Assembly (NCBI GenBank): GCA_964187785.1
Contig: OZ076409.1
Span: 3,846,001-3,910,000 of the forward strand
DNA length: 64,000 nt
Direction: 5' to 3'
Source of the DNA: Amphiscolops sp. MND2022
Lineage: Eukaryota
The notes beneath the pieces were generated by a model, which saw only the letters and a list, made by a program, of their open reading frames with translations, searched no databases and had not been told where the DNA came from. Position numbers and translations under genes: made by a program. Below, piece by piece: positions 1 through 10,978 of the stretch. Each line of letters begins with the position of its first letter. Position 1 is the stretch's first letter.

Positions 1-259
1 CATCTATATTCAAGGGACGATTAATCAGAGAAAACTCTTCGTCGTTTTCGGCGATTATCACGCGGGGAACGTCGTGAAATGACACGTGCGGCCGATTTCT
101 ATTGGCTTGGGTTTCTGCCGAAGTAGGGCGGAACACATGATACGGTCTATTTTTGGTTTCTTGATCGGATGAATCGGATTCATCTGCGACTTCTTCATAA
201 CTCGGTAGCGTTTTTGTCGCCACTCGTTCGGATCGTTTCGGGAGGGATTCACCAAGATA

Positions 260-1543
260 CGGTTTAAGACGATTAAAATGGATATTTTGCCACTATTCCG
301 GGCAACCTGGCTTGCAAATCTGATAGTTCACTTCACTTGTCTGACTCAATACTTCGTATGGACCGTGCCAAGGGAGATGGAACTTTCTGGATTTCGCTTT
401 GTGTGGCTCGAATAGCCACACTCGGTCCCCTATTTAAAAACTTTCTCCATGGACCTTTTTCTGATAATAATCTTTTTGACGACGTTGTTTTTTCCCCATA
501 GTCAGTTGCGCATGACTATGCACTTCGAATAGTTTATCACTCAACTCGGCTCCTACCTCGCCTAATTCTAAACGGGGGTCGCCAGGAGGTTTCGGATAGA
601 ATAAGTCGATCGGATATTGTGCTTCTCTCCCGTACAACATCGAGAACGGGGTCGTACCGAAGGTCTTATGTACAGTGGTATTGTAGTGGGGCAGGTAGAG
701 ATCCCATTCGTGTGGTTTTTCGGCACAAAACTTAGAGATAGTATCGGCAATGACTCTATTGAATCTTTCTACTTGACCATTTCCTTGAGGATGGTATGGA
801 GAAGTTCTAGGTTTATCGATCATGAAAACTTGGCAAATATCTTTCATTACTTCACTGTTGAAGTTAGTTCCTTGATCCGTATGTAAAGTATCGGGAGCCC
901 CAAATTTCAAAATCCACTCTTCGACTAAAGTCGTGGCCACCGTCTTAGCCGTCATGTCTTTCAAAGGAACGGCAACCGCATACTTTGTATACAAATCCGT
1001 TATGACTAAAATGTATCGCGCCTGTGACTTTTTCGCTAGCGTTACGGGTCCCAAGATATCTGCTGCAACAATACGAAACGGCGCCTTTGCTTCAATTGTT
1101 TGCAAATGAGCTTTTCGACTTTTTCCCGCCGTTGATCTAGCCGCGCAACGCGTGCATTTTGCAATATACTTTTCTACAGTTGACCTGAGACCAGGCCACC
1201 AAAATCTCTGTTTAATCCTTGATAACGTTTTCTCGGCTGCAAAATGACCTCCGCTAAGAGGGGAGTCATGTAACTGATGTAACACTTCGGCTCTCATAGT
1301 CGAAGGAACTACTGCCTGCCATATTTCACGTTCACGATTGCTAGGTTTCCATTTTCGATAAAGGACTCGATTTGCCAGCGCAAGCTGGTCCCAATTACTC
1401 CAAAGTTCTAGCGCCTCTGGACAACTCCATCCTAATGCTATTTCTCGGGGGATGGGGTTGGGCCCTAAATCTTCCAATGTACCATCTATCCGAATTCCAC
1501 GTCTAACCATTTCACGGAAGAGTAATCCCGTACTACGATCCAT
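260..1543 (-). pseudogene. pol: Integrase of element 1 (H2C2 zinc finger, DDE core, GPY/F C-terminus), frameshifted
   Basis: ORF 434..1543: HDSPLSGGH...CTRC, ADILGP, TDQGTNF, YHPQGNGQVER. After a frameshift near 434 the frame reads DRVWLF...WHGPYEV...HFNRLKPY. Confidence 0.93.
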
Positions 1544-1557
1544 TCTCTGACCATACG

Positions 1558-3873
1558 CTAGGTCGCTATCCGATCTAGTCCATGAGATATGCCCCCCCCC
1601 ACTTGCTCTGATACTAACATTTCTTCAGGGGTAACGACGGAACAGGCGAAATCTACACTTGATGAACGCGGGGTACCTCGTCTTGTCGAAGTCGAAGGGT
1701 ACAATTGCTCTTGGTCTCTCGGTGTATACACGGAGATCACAAAATACGAATCTTGAAACACAACCTCTAGACAAATAGCTACATTCACCCACTCCAATTC
1801 GTCATCGACGAAACCTATTCTAGGCATTGCAAGTTTGGAAAATCCATGGGAACTAGCATGTTCTTTCACTCTCAATAGACTTTCTTTTAGTACATCGTAT
1901 TTAGCAACTTCTCCGTGGCAATGCTTGGTGATCAATATATACAAATATTGTCCTTTTGTGACATCTCGGTACACTAGAGAGCCTCCAACACGATTTACCG
2001 ACTCAGCAAGAGGGGGTAGATACGAATACGTTCTCACAAACGATTTCATGGGAGTAGTGGCTACTCTCATGTCGGCAGATACACACAAAACTAAGGAATC
2101 GGGGGATTCGAAAAAATCCCCTTCTCGATAACGGACTACCTCTCTAGGTGGGTGAGAAATTTGCATTTTCAAATGCCGAGCTACATCTTCTGAGTTTTCC
2201 AATTTCTCACGAGCTTTGGATCGGGCGGCTCGAAGATCGCGTTCGGCTTCAAACAAAGCACTATCAAATTCGGTGAATTCGGGAATCGGTCCTCTTAACG
2301 CCTCTTCTTCGCCGGGGAGCCATTGGGGTACGTCATTCGGTCGTCGACTAAGGCCGTCCGCATTACAATGTTTATCACCTGGACGATGTACTATTTGATA
2401 GTCATACTTCTGAAGTTTCTGAACCATTCGAAAAGTCATTCCATCCGCATTTTGCCTAAACAACCATTGAAGACTTGCATGATCTGTGCGAATAATACAT
2501 TTGGATCCGTAAATGTACGGTCTGAACCACTGGACGGCTTGAACTACACCTATCGCTTCTCTTTTGGTTGTTGCATAATTTACCTCCGTTTTAGTTAGAA
2601 CTCGCGACTCAAAGGCAATTGGATACTCTATCCCATCGATCACTTGCGACAAAACTGCGCCGAGCGCCGTATCACTAGCATCGGTATCAATAATGAACGG
2701 CAGTTCAAAATTTGGAAATGCCAAGATTGGAGCTTCTAACAATCTTTTCTTCAGCGTTCGGGACGCTTTGTCATGTTCTTCGGTCCATAAGAATTTTAAT
2801 CCTTTGCTCGTCAACAAATAAAGTGGCCTAGCCACTTCCGCGAAATTTTGGACAAACTTCCGATAATAGTTGCAGAAGGCAACAAATGAACGAACTCCGG
2901 TGACGTCGGTCGGGGGCTCCCATTCGCGTACTGCCGCTAACTTTTTCGGATCCGGTTGGATCCCTTCCTTGTTAATCACATGACCTAGATAGTGGACCTC
3001 GGTGCGGAATAAGTTGCATTTCTTCGGTTTAAGACGTAAACCGGCTTTGCGCAAAACTATAAACACCTTTTCTAAATGCTCCAAATGTTCTTCTGGAGTT
3101 TTGCTAAACGTTAGCACATCATCTAGGAATATGAGCACATGTTTATATAGATCTTCTTTAAAAATGTCGTTCATGTTCCGTTGGAAAGTTGGCGGGGCGT
3201 TCGTTAAGCCAAAAGGCATTTTCAAACACTCATATAACCCTCCATCCGGAGTACAAAATGCCGTTTTGTGCCGGTCTTCGGCCGCGACTGGAATCTGCCA
3301 ATAGCCACTTGCTAAATCGAGAGACGAGAAGACTCCCGCCCCTTGCAGTGCATCAATCGTTTGACCGATCCGAGGCAACGGATACGCGTCCTTTACAGTA
3401 AGGTCGTTCAACTTTCGATAATCTATACACATTCGGTTTGAGCCATCTTTCTTAGGTACCATTACTATGGGACTGCTGAAAGGACTTTTACTCGGTACTA
3501 TGACTCCTTTCTCAAGCATCTCACGAATTTCTTCGCGAACGGCTTCTAATTTATGCGGAGCAATTTTGTAGGGCGAAATTTTGAACGGTTTTGCATCGCC
3601 TATGTCTATGCGCTGTTCTAATTCTACAGCGGTTCCTAACGGGTCTGAAGGCAGTGAAAACACATCTCTGTAATCACGAATCAAATCTCGCAATTTTTCC
3701 TTTATTTCGGCATTCTCGAGTCCAGGGGTGGCTAAATTTAAAATTTCGTCAACTTCCTGTTCGAATTTTTCGTTAATTTCGGAGGCCGCTGATACTGTGT
3801 CAAGACCGGGTACCGTTTCGCAAACAAATGCGTCATCTTCCGGCGGGGGAACATGACCGCTTAGGACTTGCAT
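1558..3873 (-). CDS. pol: Pol fragment: reverse transcriptase + RNase H + TARG1/OARD1-like macrodomain
   Basis: 771-aa ORF. RT (CIDYRKLN, LDLASGYWQ, FLDD), RNase H (TDASD...E...TDH...ADGLSR), then a macrodomain-like segment at about 1726-2139. Confidence 0.95.
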   Translation of the reverse strand: MQVLSGHVPPPEDDAFVCETVPGLDTVSAASEINEKFEQEVDEILNLATPGLENAEIKEKLRDLIRDYRDVFSLPSDPLGTAVELEQRIDIGDAKPFKISPYKIAPHKLEAVREEIREMLEKGVIVPSKSPFSSPIVMVPKKDGSNRMCIDYRKLNDLTVKDAYPLPRIGQTIDALQGAGVFSSLDLASGYWQIPVAAEDRHKTAFCTPDGGLYECLKMPFGLTNAPPTFQRNMNDIFKEDLYKHVLIFLDDVLTFSKTPEEHLEHLEKVFIVLRKAGLRLKPKKCNLFRTEVHYLGHVINKEGIQPDPKKLAAVREWEPPTDVTGVRSFVAFCNYYRKFVQNFAEVARPLYLLTSKGLKFLWTEEHDKASRTLKKRLLEAPILAFPNFELPFIIDTDASDTALGAVLSQVIDGIEYPIAFESRVLTKTEVNYATTKREAIGVVQAVQWFRPYIYGSKCIIRTDHASLQWLFRQNADGMTFRMVQKLQKYDYQIVHRPGDKHCNADGLSRRPNDVPQWLPGEEEALRGPIPEFTEFDSALFEAERDLRAARSKAREKLENSEDVARHLKMQISHPPREVVRYREGDFFESPDSLVLCVSADMRVATTPMKSFVRTYSYLPPLAESVNRVGGSLVYRDVTKGQYLYILITKHCHGEVAKYDVLKESLLRVKEHASSHGFSKLAMPRIGFVDDELEWVNVAICLEVVFQDSYFVISVYTPRDQEQLYPSTSTRRGTPRSSSVDFACSVVTPEEMLVSEQVGGGISHGLDRIAT
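1726..2139 (-). other. Macrodomain (TARG1/OARD1/Poa1-like ADP-ribose-processing fold) within Pol
   Basis: VRYREGDFF...DSLVLCVSADMR...YLYILITK...YDVLKESL...KLAMPRIG..DELEWVNV...VF....ISVY is colinear with the TARG1 pattern YVKGDLF..DSLAHCISEDCRM..YIYYLITK..YENLQKSL..LSMPRIGCGLDRLQWENV..VF..ITVY (recalled from memory). Confidence 0.88.
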
Positions 3874-3962
3874 GGGTACTTTGATATTGAAACCATCATC
3901 TTTGGGGATCGTTAGGTTTGTTCGACTAAGTCAGTCGAGCATTGATTTTCCATCATGAATTT

Positions 3963-4628
3963 TTAGCCAATCATGATCTCAGGGTAGAGATCTTCCACAA
4001 CCACGAATTCATCGGAAGCGACGCACGTTCCGATTTTAACGTCTGCTTTTACGATACCTTTGGTAGGCATCTCGTTGGCTATTGGGCCTGTTAAACGACT
4101 GGGATTGGGGGCTATTGGGTTACCAATAGTCTTAGCCAATTCCAAACTCATCAAACTTCTACTCGCACTAGTGTCTATCATGGCCCAACACCGTAGGCTT
4201 TCTACTTCATAGGGGATTAAAAGCGTGGCCCCTGGAATGTATTGACTATGGGTCAGTTTTCTCGATTTTACCTCATCAGACCGGGCCTGATTTGGGAATT
4301 CTGGCTCTTTCTTGGACAAAATTTTCACGGAGCCAAGCTCAGCTTGTTTATCCTCAAAAAGATTTCGTATGGGGGGACTATTTACAACAGGGGTATGGGA
4401 TTCTTTTGGGAAAAAACCTCCTGGGCCAAACTCATCACTCATTTGTTTCCAAGTTTCGGAGTCGATCCGCCTACTGCGATTGCGCTGTCGCAAACGGCTA
4501 TCGTTACTCCTAGATCTAGAACGAACACGATGACTTGTTTGTGGAAAATTTGTAGCAGCTGGGGAAGGGATGGAATCCCAAGCGCGAGTAGAGCCTGCTA
4601 CTGCATACTCGGCTGTCGGTAGTTTAAA
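3963..4628 (-). pseudogene. pol: Aspartic protease region of element 1 (-1 frame after gag; DTG changed to DTS, frameshift near 3963)
   Basis: AMIDTSASRSLM...EIMIG. The frame is open from the slippery site at 4628 to the stop at 3963. Confidence 0.85.
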
Positions 4629-5998
4629 GAATTAGACTGCGGAAGACTTGGACATTGCTTAGCGTAGTGACCTATCGCCTTACAATTAAAACATTCCGCT
4701 TCTTCGGGGGGAGGGTGCGAAACATTCAGCTGACCCGACGATCCTGCCCTATTTAGAGGCGCACGGTAACTAGGATTGAAAGGGGCTTGAAAACGGGGAG
4801 GTTGCCAACTCTGAGGCTGCCCACCAACCGGCCGTTGCGAACTTCCTAACGCTCCTACGATCGCAGATGACATGTCTGTTATACTTTGTACTAGGGTTTC
4901 TGTTTGTCTGGTCGTCAGCTCGGCTTGTTTCGAGGAACTTTGTTCTAAGTGTTTTGTCATTTGATCGGTTTGCTTGGAAATTTGCTGACAGATGGAATTT
5001 TCGAAGCGATCAAAACGATTCGCCACATTGGTAAGTGATGTTTGGATGGCGGCGAATCTTTCTTCTATTTGACTACTATTCGAATAGCCAGCTCTCACTA
5101 GATCGGGATCCTCATATTCGTCATACGAATAACGCAATTTATCAAGTTTCCGCTCTCTTTTTGATTCGTGAGTCTTGTGGATTATTTCGAGTTCCTGTGC
5201 TCTTTGCAAAGTTTCCCCGAAATCACGGTCACGCTCGTCTTCATACAAACTAAGTTGTATTCGCGAATCAAAAAGCCCTTCAATAAATTGATCTCTCATA
5301 TCGCGTTCTTTTTCCCGGAGCGAATTTTCAGGAAAGGCTATATCAGCGAGTTGACGTACTCTTCTCGAGTAGTCTCTTAGGTCTTCATTTTCCCACTGTT
5401 TAACTGCTTTAAATTCCGACCGCGTAGCTCGCTGGCTGCGATAATGCTGCATTTTGGGTTTCAAAATTTCAAGTAGTTCATCAAACCGTGGAGGATAAGA
5501 ACCTGGTTCTTTTTCAATATATCTTTGGGGGACAGTTTCAAATTCTTCAATAGCCCACGATGTTAAACAAGTAGGCATTGCTGCAATTTTTTGACTATCA
5601 TTCCACCCATTTGCTTTAGCAACTGCTTTGAAGTGTTTTACCCAGCTTTCCCAGCGGTTGTAATCTTTGCCGGGTAACTTTTCTGGTTTTATTGGCGACT
5701 TTTCATATAAAGGTTTTTCTCTTCTTTTGGATTCAATTTTCAGAACCATGGAGTCGTCAGAATCTAGGTCTGCTTCAATTCTGAATCTTTTAATTTCTTT
5801 TTCCATTTCTTTCAATCGCCGATAAGCTTCTCTTTTACACTCCTTTTCCGCGTCGGCCAACCCTACGAAGGAAAATTTAGTGGACTTACTGAGGAGTGGC
5901 TTACTACCACCTGTGACGGGAGTATGGGTGCCGTTGGGATCTTCTTGGGTGACGGGGGAAATCTGCTGATCGTTGTCGTCGTCTCCAGACATCGTCAA
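4598..5998 (-). CDS. gag: Gag (capsid + coiled coil + CCHC zinc knuckle) of element 1
   Basis: 466-aa intact ORF. WESWVKHFKAVAKANGW capsid-like motif, RDQFIEGL, CFNCKAIGHYAKQC knuckle. Confidence 0.93.
   Translation of the reverse strand: MTMSGDDDNDQQISPVTQEDPNGTHTPVTGGSKPLLSKSTKFSFVGLADAEKECKREAYRRLKEMEKEIKRFRIEADLDSDDSMVLKIESKRREKPLYEKSPIKPEKLPGKDYNRWESWVKHFKAVAKANGWNDSQKIAAMPTCLTSWAIEEFETVPQRYIEKEPGSYPPRFDELLEILKPKMQHYRSQRATRSEFKAVKQWENEDLRDYSRRVRQLADIAFPENSLREKERDMRDQFIEGLFDSRIQLSLYEDERDRDFGETLQRAQELEIIHKTHESKRERKLDKLRYSYDEYEDPDLVRAGYSNSSQIEERFAAIQTSLTNVANRFDRFENSICQQISKQTDQMTKHLEQSSSKQAELTTRQTETLVQSITDMSSAIVGALGSSQRPVGGQPQSWQPPRFQAPFNPSYRAPLNRAGSSGQLNVSHPPPEEAECFNCKAIGHYAKQCPSLPQSNSLNYRQPSMQ
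4622..4628 (-). promoter_or_regulatory. -1 ribosomal frameshift slippery heptamer T-TTA-AAC at the gag/pol overlap
   Basis: In the gag frame the codons read tcT TTA AAC. The -1 frame is open without stops into ORF 3963..4493. Confidence 0.85.
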
Positions 5999-6084
5999 GA
6001 GGGGTTCGGCAACTCAAAGGGGTGAAGGGAAGATAAGGGAGAGAAGTAAGCAAAGAAAGAGGAACTGACAAAGACGCAAAGAAA

Positions 6085-6102
6085 GCCCACCCAGGAGCGC
6101 CA
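6085..6102 (-). promoter_or_regulatory. Primer binding site TGGCGCTCCTGGGTGGGC (tRNA-Asn-like)
   Basis: Starts 1 nt after the LTR-terminal CA. Its complement GCCCACCCAGGAGCGCCA resembles the 3' end of animal tRNA-Asn (GCCCACCCAGGGACGCCA). Confidence 0.8.
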
Positions 6103-6103
6103 A

Positions 6104-6903
6104 TGTAAGATTTTTAGTTTTCCAGTAGCTTTAACTATTTGTTGAGAATAGCTCCACTACAACTCAATTAAACCCGTAGGTACCACGCACGAGACAAGAA
6201 CTGGCTGAGTAGCTACATAAATTTTTATTAACTCCGAAGAAGAGACGAATCAACTTAATCGAAGGCGGTGGGGGTAAGTGTGACAAGGAAATCTCGATCT
6301 TTACAACTTTGCTAATTTTCCCTCTTTCAGGGGTTTGTCTCGCTACTCTTGGACTGTTTGAAATTCTCTTTTCGCTGATGAAAAGAAGCAGGTTGAACTT
6401 TAATTACTATACATCAAATAAATAAGTCGAGTGATAGACACAAATACAATTTCACATCCACGAATAATAGAATGAATAATATGATAACATCGATAATAAC
6501 GGAGAATATTACTGAGTATATTAGGAGGCATATTAGGAGGCATATTAGGAGGCATATAACACAAGAGAACAGTATACAAGAATTTCAGCAATTTTAAGTT
6601 TTTTTGTATCCGTAAGGATGAGGGTGATATCGAAGATATCGGAAGAATCAACTCGCCGCAAAATCTCTATCGGTCTTGGAGTGAAAACAACAATCCGTGT
6701 ATTATCAGCCCACTTAGGCTTAAACCGTGTATTATCAGCCCACTTAGGCTCAACCGTGTATTATCAGCCCACTTAGACTCAACCGTGTATTATCAGCCCA
6801 CTAAGGCTCAACCGTTTATTATCAGCCCACTTAGGCTCAACCGTGTATTATCAGCCCACTTAGGCTCAACCGTGTATTATCAGCCCACTTAGGCTCTTTT
6901 ACA
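6104..6903 (-). repeat. 5' LTR of element 1 (800 bp, TGTAA...TTACA)
   Basis: Inverted termini TGTAA/TTACA, adjacent PBS, AATAAA on the minus strand at 6224-6229. The partner LTR is outside the window, so the outer boundary is inferred. Confidence 0.75.
6695..6896. repeat. Tandem array, 7 copies of a 29-30-bp unit CCGTGTATTATCAGCCCACTTAGGCTCAA, in U3 of the LTR
   Basis: Units start at 6695, 6725, 6754, 6783, 6812, 6841 and 6870, with no spacers. Confidence 0.97.
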
Positions 6904-9900
6904 TGTAATACGATAGACCAGCAGTCCACCCTACTCCCGGGTCGAAATCCGTACTAGCGAAGAGCGGGGTAGCAACAAATCAGGCAACTTCAGGTTGTTA
7001 GGCTGAAGGCACGGGCTAACCGGCCAGACGAAGTAAATCTGCAATTTCGATAGTCCGGCGTCCGATGCGGGATGCTATCGGACGCAAAGCAGCAAACCGT
7101 TCTCTAGATTTCAACTCACTTTGTGTGTCTCTGAATTGACACACAGTTCGGCCTAAGTTACTTTTTCGGCAGTTTAGTCATATCATTATTCAAAGTTTAT
7201 CATCTTTCCTTTTTCGGGTTCTGACAAAGTGTTGAGCAATACAGTTTTTTCCTACTTCGGTACTGAAAGTTCATTAGAAGTACATTTTCTCAGCACGAGT
7301 CGGTCCTAGTTCCACCTCCTTGTCAATCATGACTGATGGTTTTACTTCGTTTTCAATAGAATTTAAGGGGTGGTGCTACTGACTCAGTTTTTCCCACTTT
7401 TGTAAGCACGACTTTAACTTCGGCTTATTGATTGACATTTGCATTTTTTGCCAAGTCTCTTTTTCCCACGCGGTTCCTGACAACTCTCTCCAGCTAAATC
7501 TGGCTGAAGGAAATAATTTTCTACAATTTACAATGACCTAAAAGGCGATTTTAATTCATATCTAAAAAAAGTCGATTTTCGTGTTACAACTTCTAAGGAC
7601 AAAAACTAGGTATTCCGATCACGGGGGGTTAGAACCAAGTACAACATTTGAAAGTACTATCCAAGGGCTACAAAAGCTTACTTCATGGTTTTTGTTCTAT
7701 GTCAACTCCTTCACGGTGAAAAACGCCTTTGAAATAAAGTAGTCAAAAATCACATATTGACATTTGCAAATTTCTCAAATATGGAGGGCTAGTACTCATT
7801 CAATTTGAAAGGTACAGCGTAGGTGCTTATATACATCGCTAGCCCAAGTCATTAGGAGTATTTTCCACTTTAGATGAGGTCTCTAGCTTGTTTCAACAAA
7901 ATTTGATAGCACTTTTACTGAAAGTAGTCATTTTCCCGATTTTTATGTCTAGACTTTCAACTTTGGAGGCCAATATCTCAAAACTAAGGCAATTTTCGGA
8001 AAAACGCTCCTGCTAAACGCTGAGTCTTGTGCGCCTGAGTCTTGTGCGTCTACCCTGAAAGTTTCAGCTCGATTTCGCCCAAAACGTGCGGGGGGGAGTT
8101 AGCATTTTGGTAGGTCGACATCCCTATCGGCAGAAAGAAATCACAACTTTAAATTCTTGGGGGTTCTTCGCTAGCGCGCCGCAGCACTCTATTTATTATT
8201 CTATTCTTTCCTCCACTTCAATTCGCAAGTACGCTGTGAAGGGGGCGGCTTTTGTGCGCTTACTCGTTGAGTACTAAGCGATAACATGCGAAAAACAGCT
8301 AATTTGGCCATTTTAGGGCTGTTTTTAACGTTTGCTGGCTCAGTTCTCAAAAACTACTGAATATTATTTGTTTTCCAATTGACACAAGTTAGGGCATTCC
8401 TTTATCTTTAATTTAAGCCATATCCGAACATTTTCTGACAACTGTAGCGATCACAGGAAATTTATAAAGGAAACTCAATTTTGGAAAGTCGTCAAAGATT
8501 TATACGCACTTATTTTCAAAGCTTCCCCCGATATGTTCTCGTCATTGCACGGGGCTCATATTCTCAACTTAAGCTCTCCTTTGGATGGGCTTTCGAATGC
8601 TGAAAACCGTTTGTTGCTATCTTTTTTCATCTTCGAGAAATTGGGTTTTGATTTTTAATTTCTATTAAGAGGGGGGATTAATTCAAAGTGTGCGGCGGCC
8701 GTTTTCTTATTAGCTACGCGTACAGCCACTCACATCGCGTTCTAATTTTCATTCCTTTCGCTTTCTGACACGCTTAGGTGAGTTGTATTCTATGCTGTTC
8801 ACGCACACAGCGGAGTTTTCACTCTCGCTTACCCTCAAACACATGTATTAACATAGTAATTTGACTGAATCTCTATTCACAGTCAACGATGACTTTAGGT
8901 TCAATTTTTGTGGGAATACGTTGGTTTAAAGTTCTTAATTGTCTACTCAACACGTAGTCAGGTCAAACAGGAACATTTCGGTGGTTTAATTTGTCTTGTA
9001 TTGGCAATAGTTGCCGAGAAATTCGATGTCAAAGTTTCTTTCCGATTAGAATTTTCATACATAGTTCTGAGTGGTGGCGGCCGTATTACTGCATTAATAC
9101 GTTGCGCGGTCGCTTCATTGTAGCTAAGAATAGTTATTTTGGTTGTCAACGGGACTAAAGACAATATTATTGACATTAAACAATAGTGCGAGGTACTTGA
9201 AGTACTTGTTGTAATCTTTACTTTTATACGATATCACCCCCGGAAAATCTACCTTGCTGATGAAATAAAATTTAATAAACACCATAACATGAGCGAAAAG
9301 TCAAAAATCCTACAGTTTCCCACCTGTTCACCCTAGCGGTTAACACCGATTTCCAGACCTATTACTAAACAAATAGTAGAGCACCGTCCGAAAAGTCCAG
9401 TCGTTGGAGTTTTTTTGGAACTAAGCGAAATTGTTCCAGTGTTTTTTTTGCCGATGCTCTCAATTTTTGGTAGAAACAAAGCGATTTGAGATTATAGAGG
9501 ACCACTGAGCGTTTTTCGGCACTGTGAGACTTCTCGAAGAATCTTTTAGAAAAAAAATGTTTGGAGATTTGTTCCACAAAATTCAATTTATTTGACGTCA
9601 ACATGATTGGTTCTTCTGGAACTCAAAGAATATCTTTTCACTCTTTGAAAAACTTTCGGCTTGAAAAAAGTGTTTTGCCTGTTTGATTGGTCCCTTTTTG
9701 TGTTTTATGTCACTTTGAGATGTATCCACAAAAAGGTTGGTTTCAAAAATCGGGTTTTTTGATGTTTCCAGCTCATATGAAAATTTTGATAAACATTTTT
9801 AAAAAGAGTGTGCTTTATTGCGTAGTTTTGTATGTAGTTACAAAAGTTTACTGAGCTTGAACCGTGATTGACGCGCCGCTTTGTGATTTTCCCAGCTTGT

Positions 9901-10115
9901 TTAGAGTGCACTTCAATAATAGCCTGGACAACTCAGTCATCTACTTTTTTCCAACGTTCTGAACTAGGCCAGCCATGAGGGTTCGGAGCTTGAGGCAATG
10001 ATTTTTTTCTACTTTGCTAATAATGATGAAGTCATGTAAGGCTACAAATTGAGAAGATTGATGAATAACCTATCCTGACAACTTTTTCGAGGGTCGTATA
10101 GTTCCTAATATGGGT

Positions 10116-10618
10116 AACAAGACGAGAACGTCTAAAGTCGGCGCCATATCTAAGGCTCAAAAAGCGTAAAACACTTTTTTGGAAAAAAATTGAAATTTTT
10201 GAAAAAATTTTTTCTTTCAAAAGAAGTTGCATAGTGCCGAAAAATGTAAAAGGGGGGACCCTTCTGGATTTATTAACAAACATTCCGTTGCAAAATATCA
10301 AAAAACTCAAAGGGGGGACCCTTTGGGGACATTAAAAAATTTTCGAAAAAAAGTCGCACAGTGCCGAAAAAAATCCAAAGGGGGGACCCTTTGGGCACGT
10401 CCGGTTTTGTATGTTTCCTTGAAAAAATAAAAAATGAAAGGGGGGACCCTTTGGAGTAAAGTTTGCCTTGGGCGGATTTGGCCTCAGGTGCTCTGCTCAG
10501 GATTGTAAAAAGTGGACCGATCAGTGTGAGGATTGTAGTCTGAAGAAAAAAAGAAGAAAAAAAGGTCACTGCTATAGTCGGGCATTTTTCCTTAAAAGGA
10601 AAACGCGCCGACTAAAAA
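10116..10618 (-). mobile_element. Non-autonomous Helentron-associated element (HINE/DINE-1-like), copy 1
   Basis: Minus strand: TTTTT-AGTCGGCGC subterminal inverted repeat with adjacent hairpin ... GCGCCGACT, then stem-loop AGACG-TTCT-CGTCT and TGTT. Internal ~60-bp repeats contain AAGGGGGGACCC. A second copy lies at 26429. Confidence 0.75.
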
Positions 10619-10978
10619 TAGGGATGAGCTGTATGTTCAATAGTTAAGCAAAGCAGTTTGGGAAGATATACCTTGAATTCAAATGAGATGTAGTTTCTGA
10701 ATTGTTATCAATCATGATGGAATCGTGCGTGGAGGAAATGTTAGGTCAGTGTTAAGTTGGGAAGAGCCAAGTTAGAATACGTTTCATTTTAGAATTGATT
10801 TCATACTCAAAGATTTGAGGTGTATAGAATCAACATCGAAAAGGCACTGTTGTCTAACAGCATTTCTGGTTGAGTTGGATGGTTCCGGTGTTGATGGTTT
10901 AACAGAAAAACCCATGACACAGTCGAACAGCTGAGTAAGTTCAATTGTATGATGGAATAGAGTTATCCGTGGAGTTTT

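Larger units (their letters stand above)
1..6903 (-). mobile_element. Ty3/Gypsy LTR retrotransposon (element 1) carrying a macrodomain; 3' end lies beyond the left edge of the window
   Basis: Order LTR-PBS-gag-PR-RT-RNaseH-(macro)-IN on the minus strand. RT motifs LDLASGYWQ, KTAF, MPFGLTNAP, FLDD. Integrase lies downstream of RNase H, the Gypsy order. Confidence 0.96.

Noticed and set aside
6695..6896. CRISPR-like array of 29-bp repeats
   Set aside because: Units are head-to-tail with no unique spacers, no cas genes are present, and the array lies inside a eukaryotic LTR.
7535..8690. Possible non-autonomous DNA transposon
   Set aside because: The texture is MITE-like and includes a 15-bp tandem duplication near 8020-8049, but no matching TIRs or TSD could be identified.
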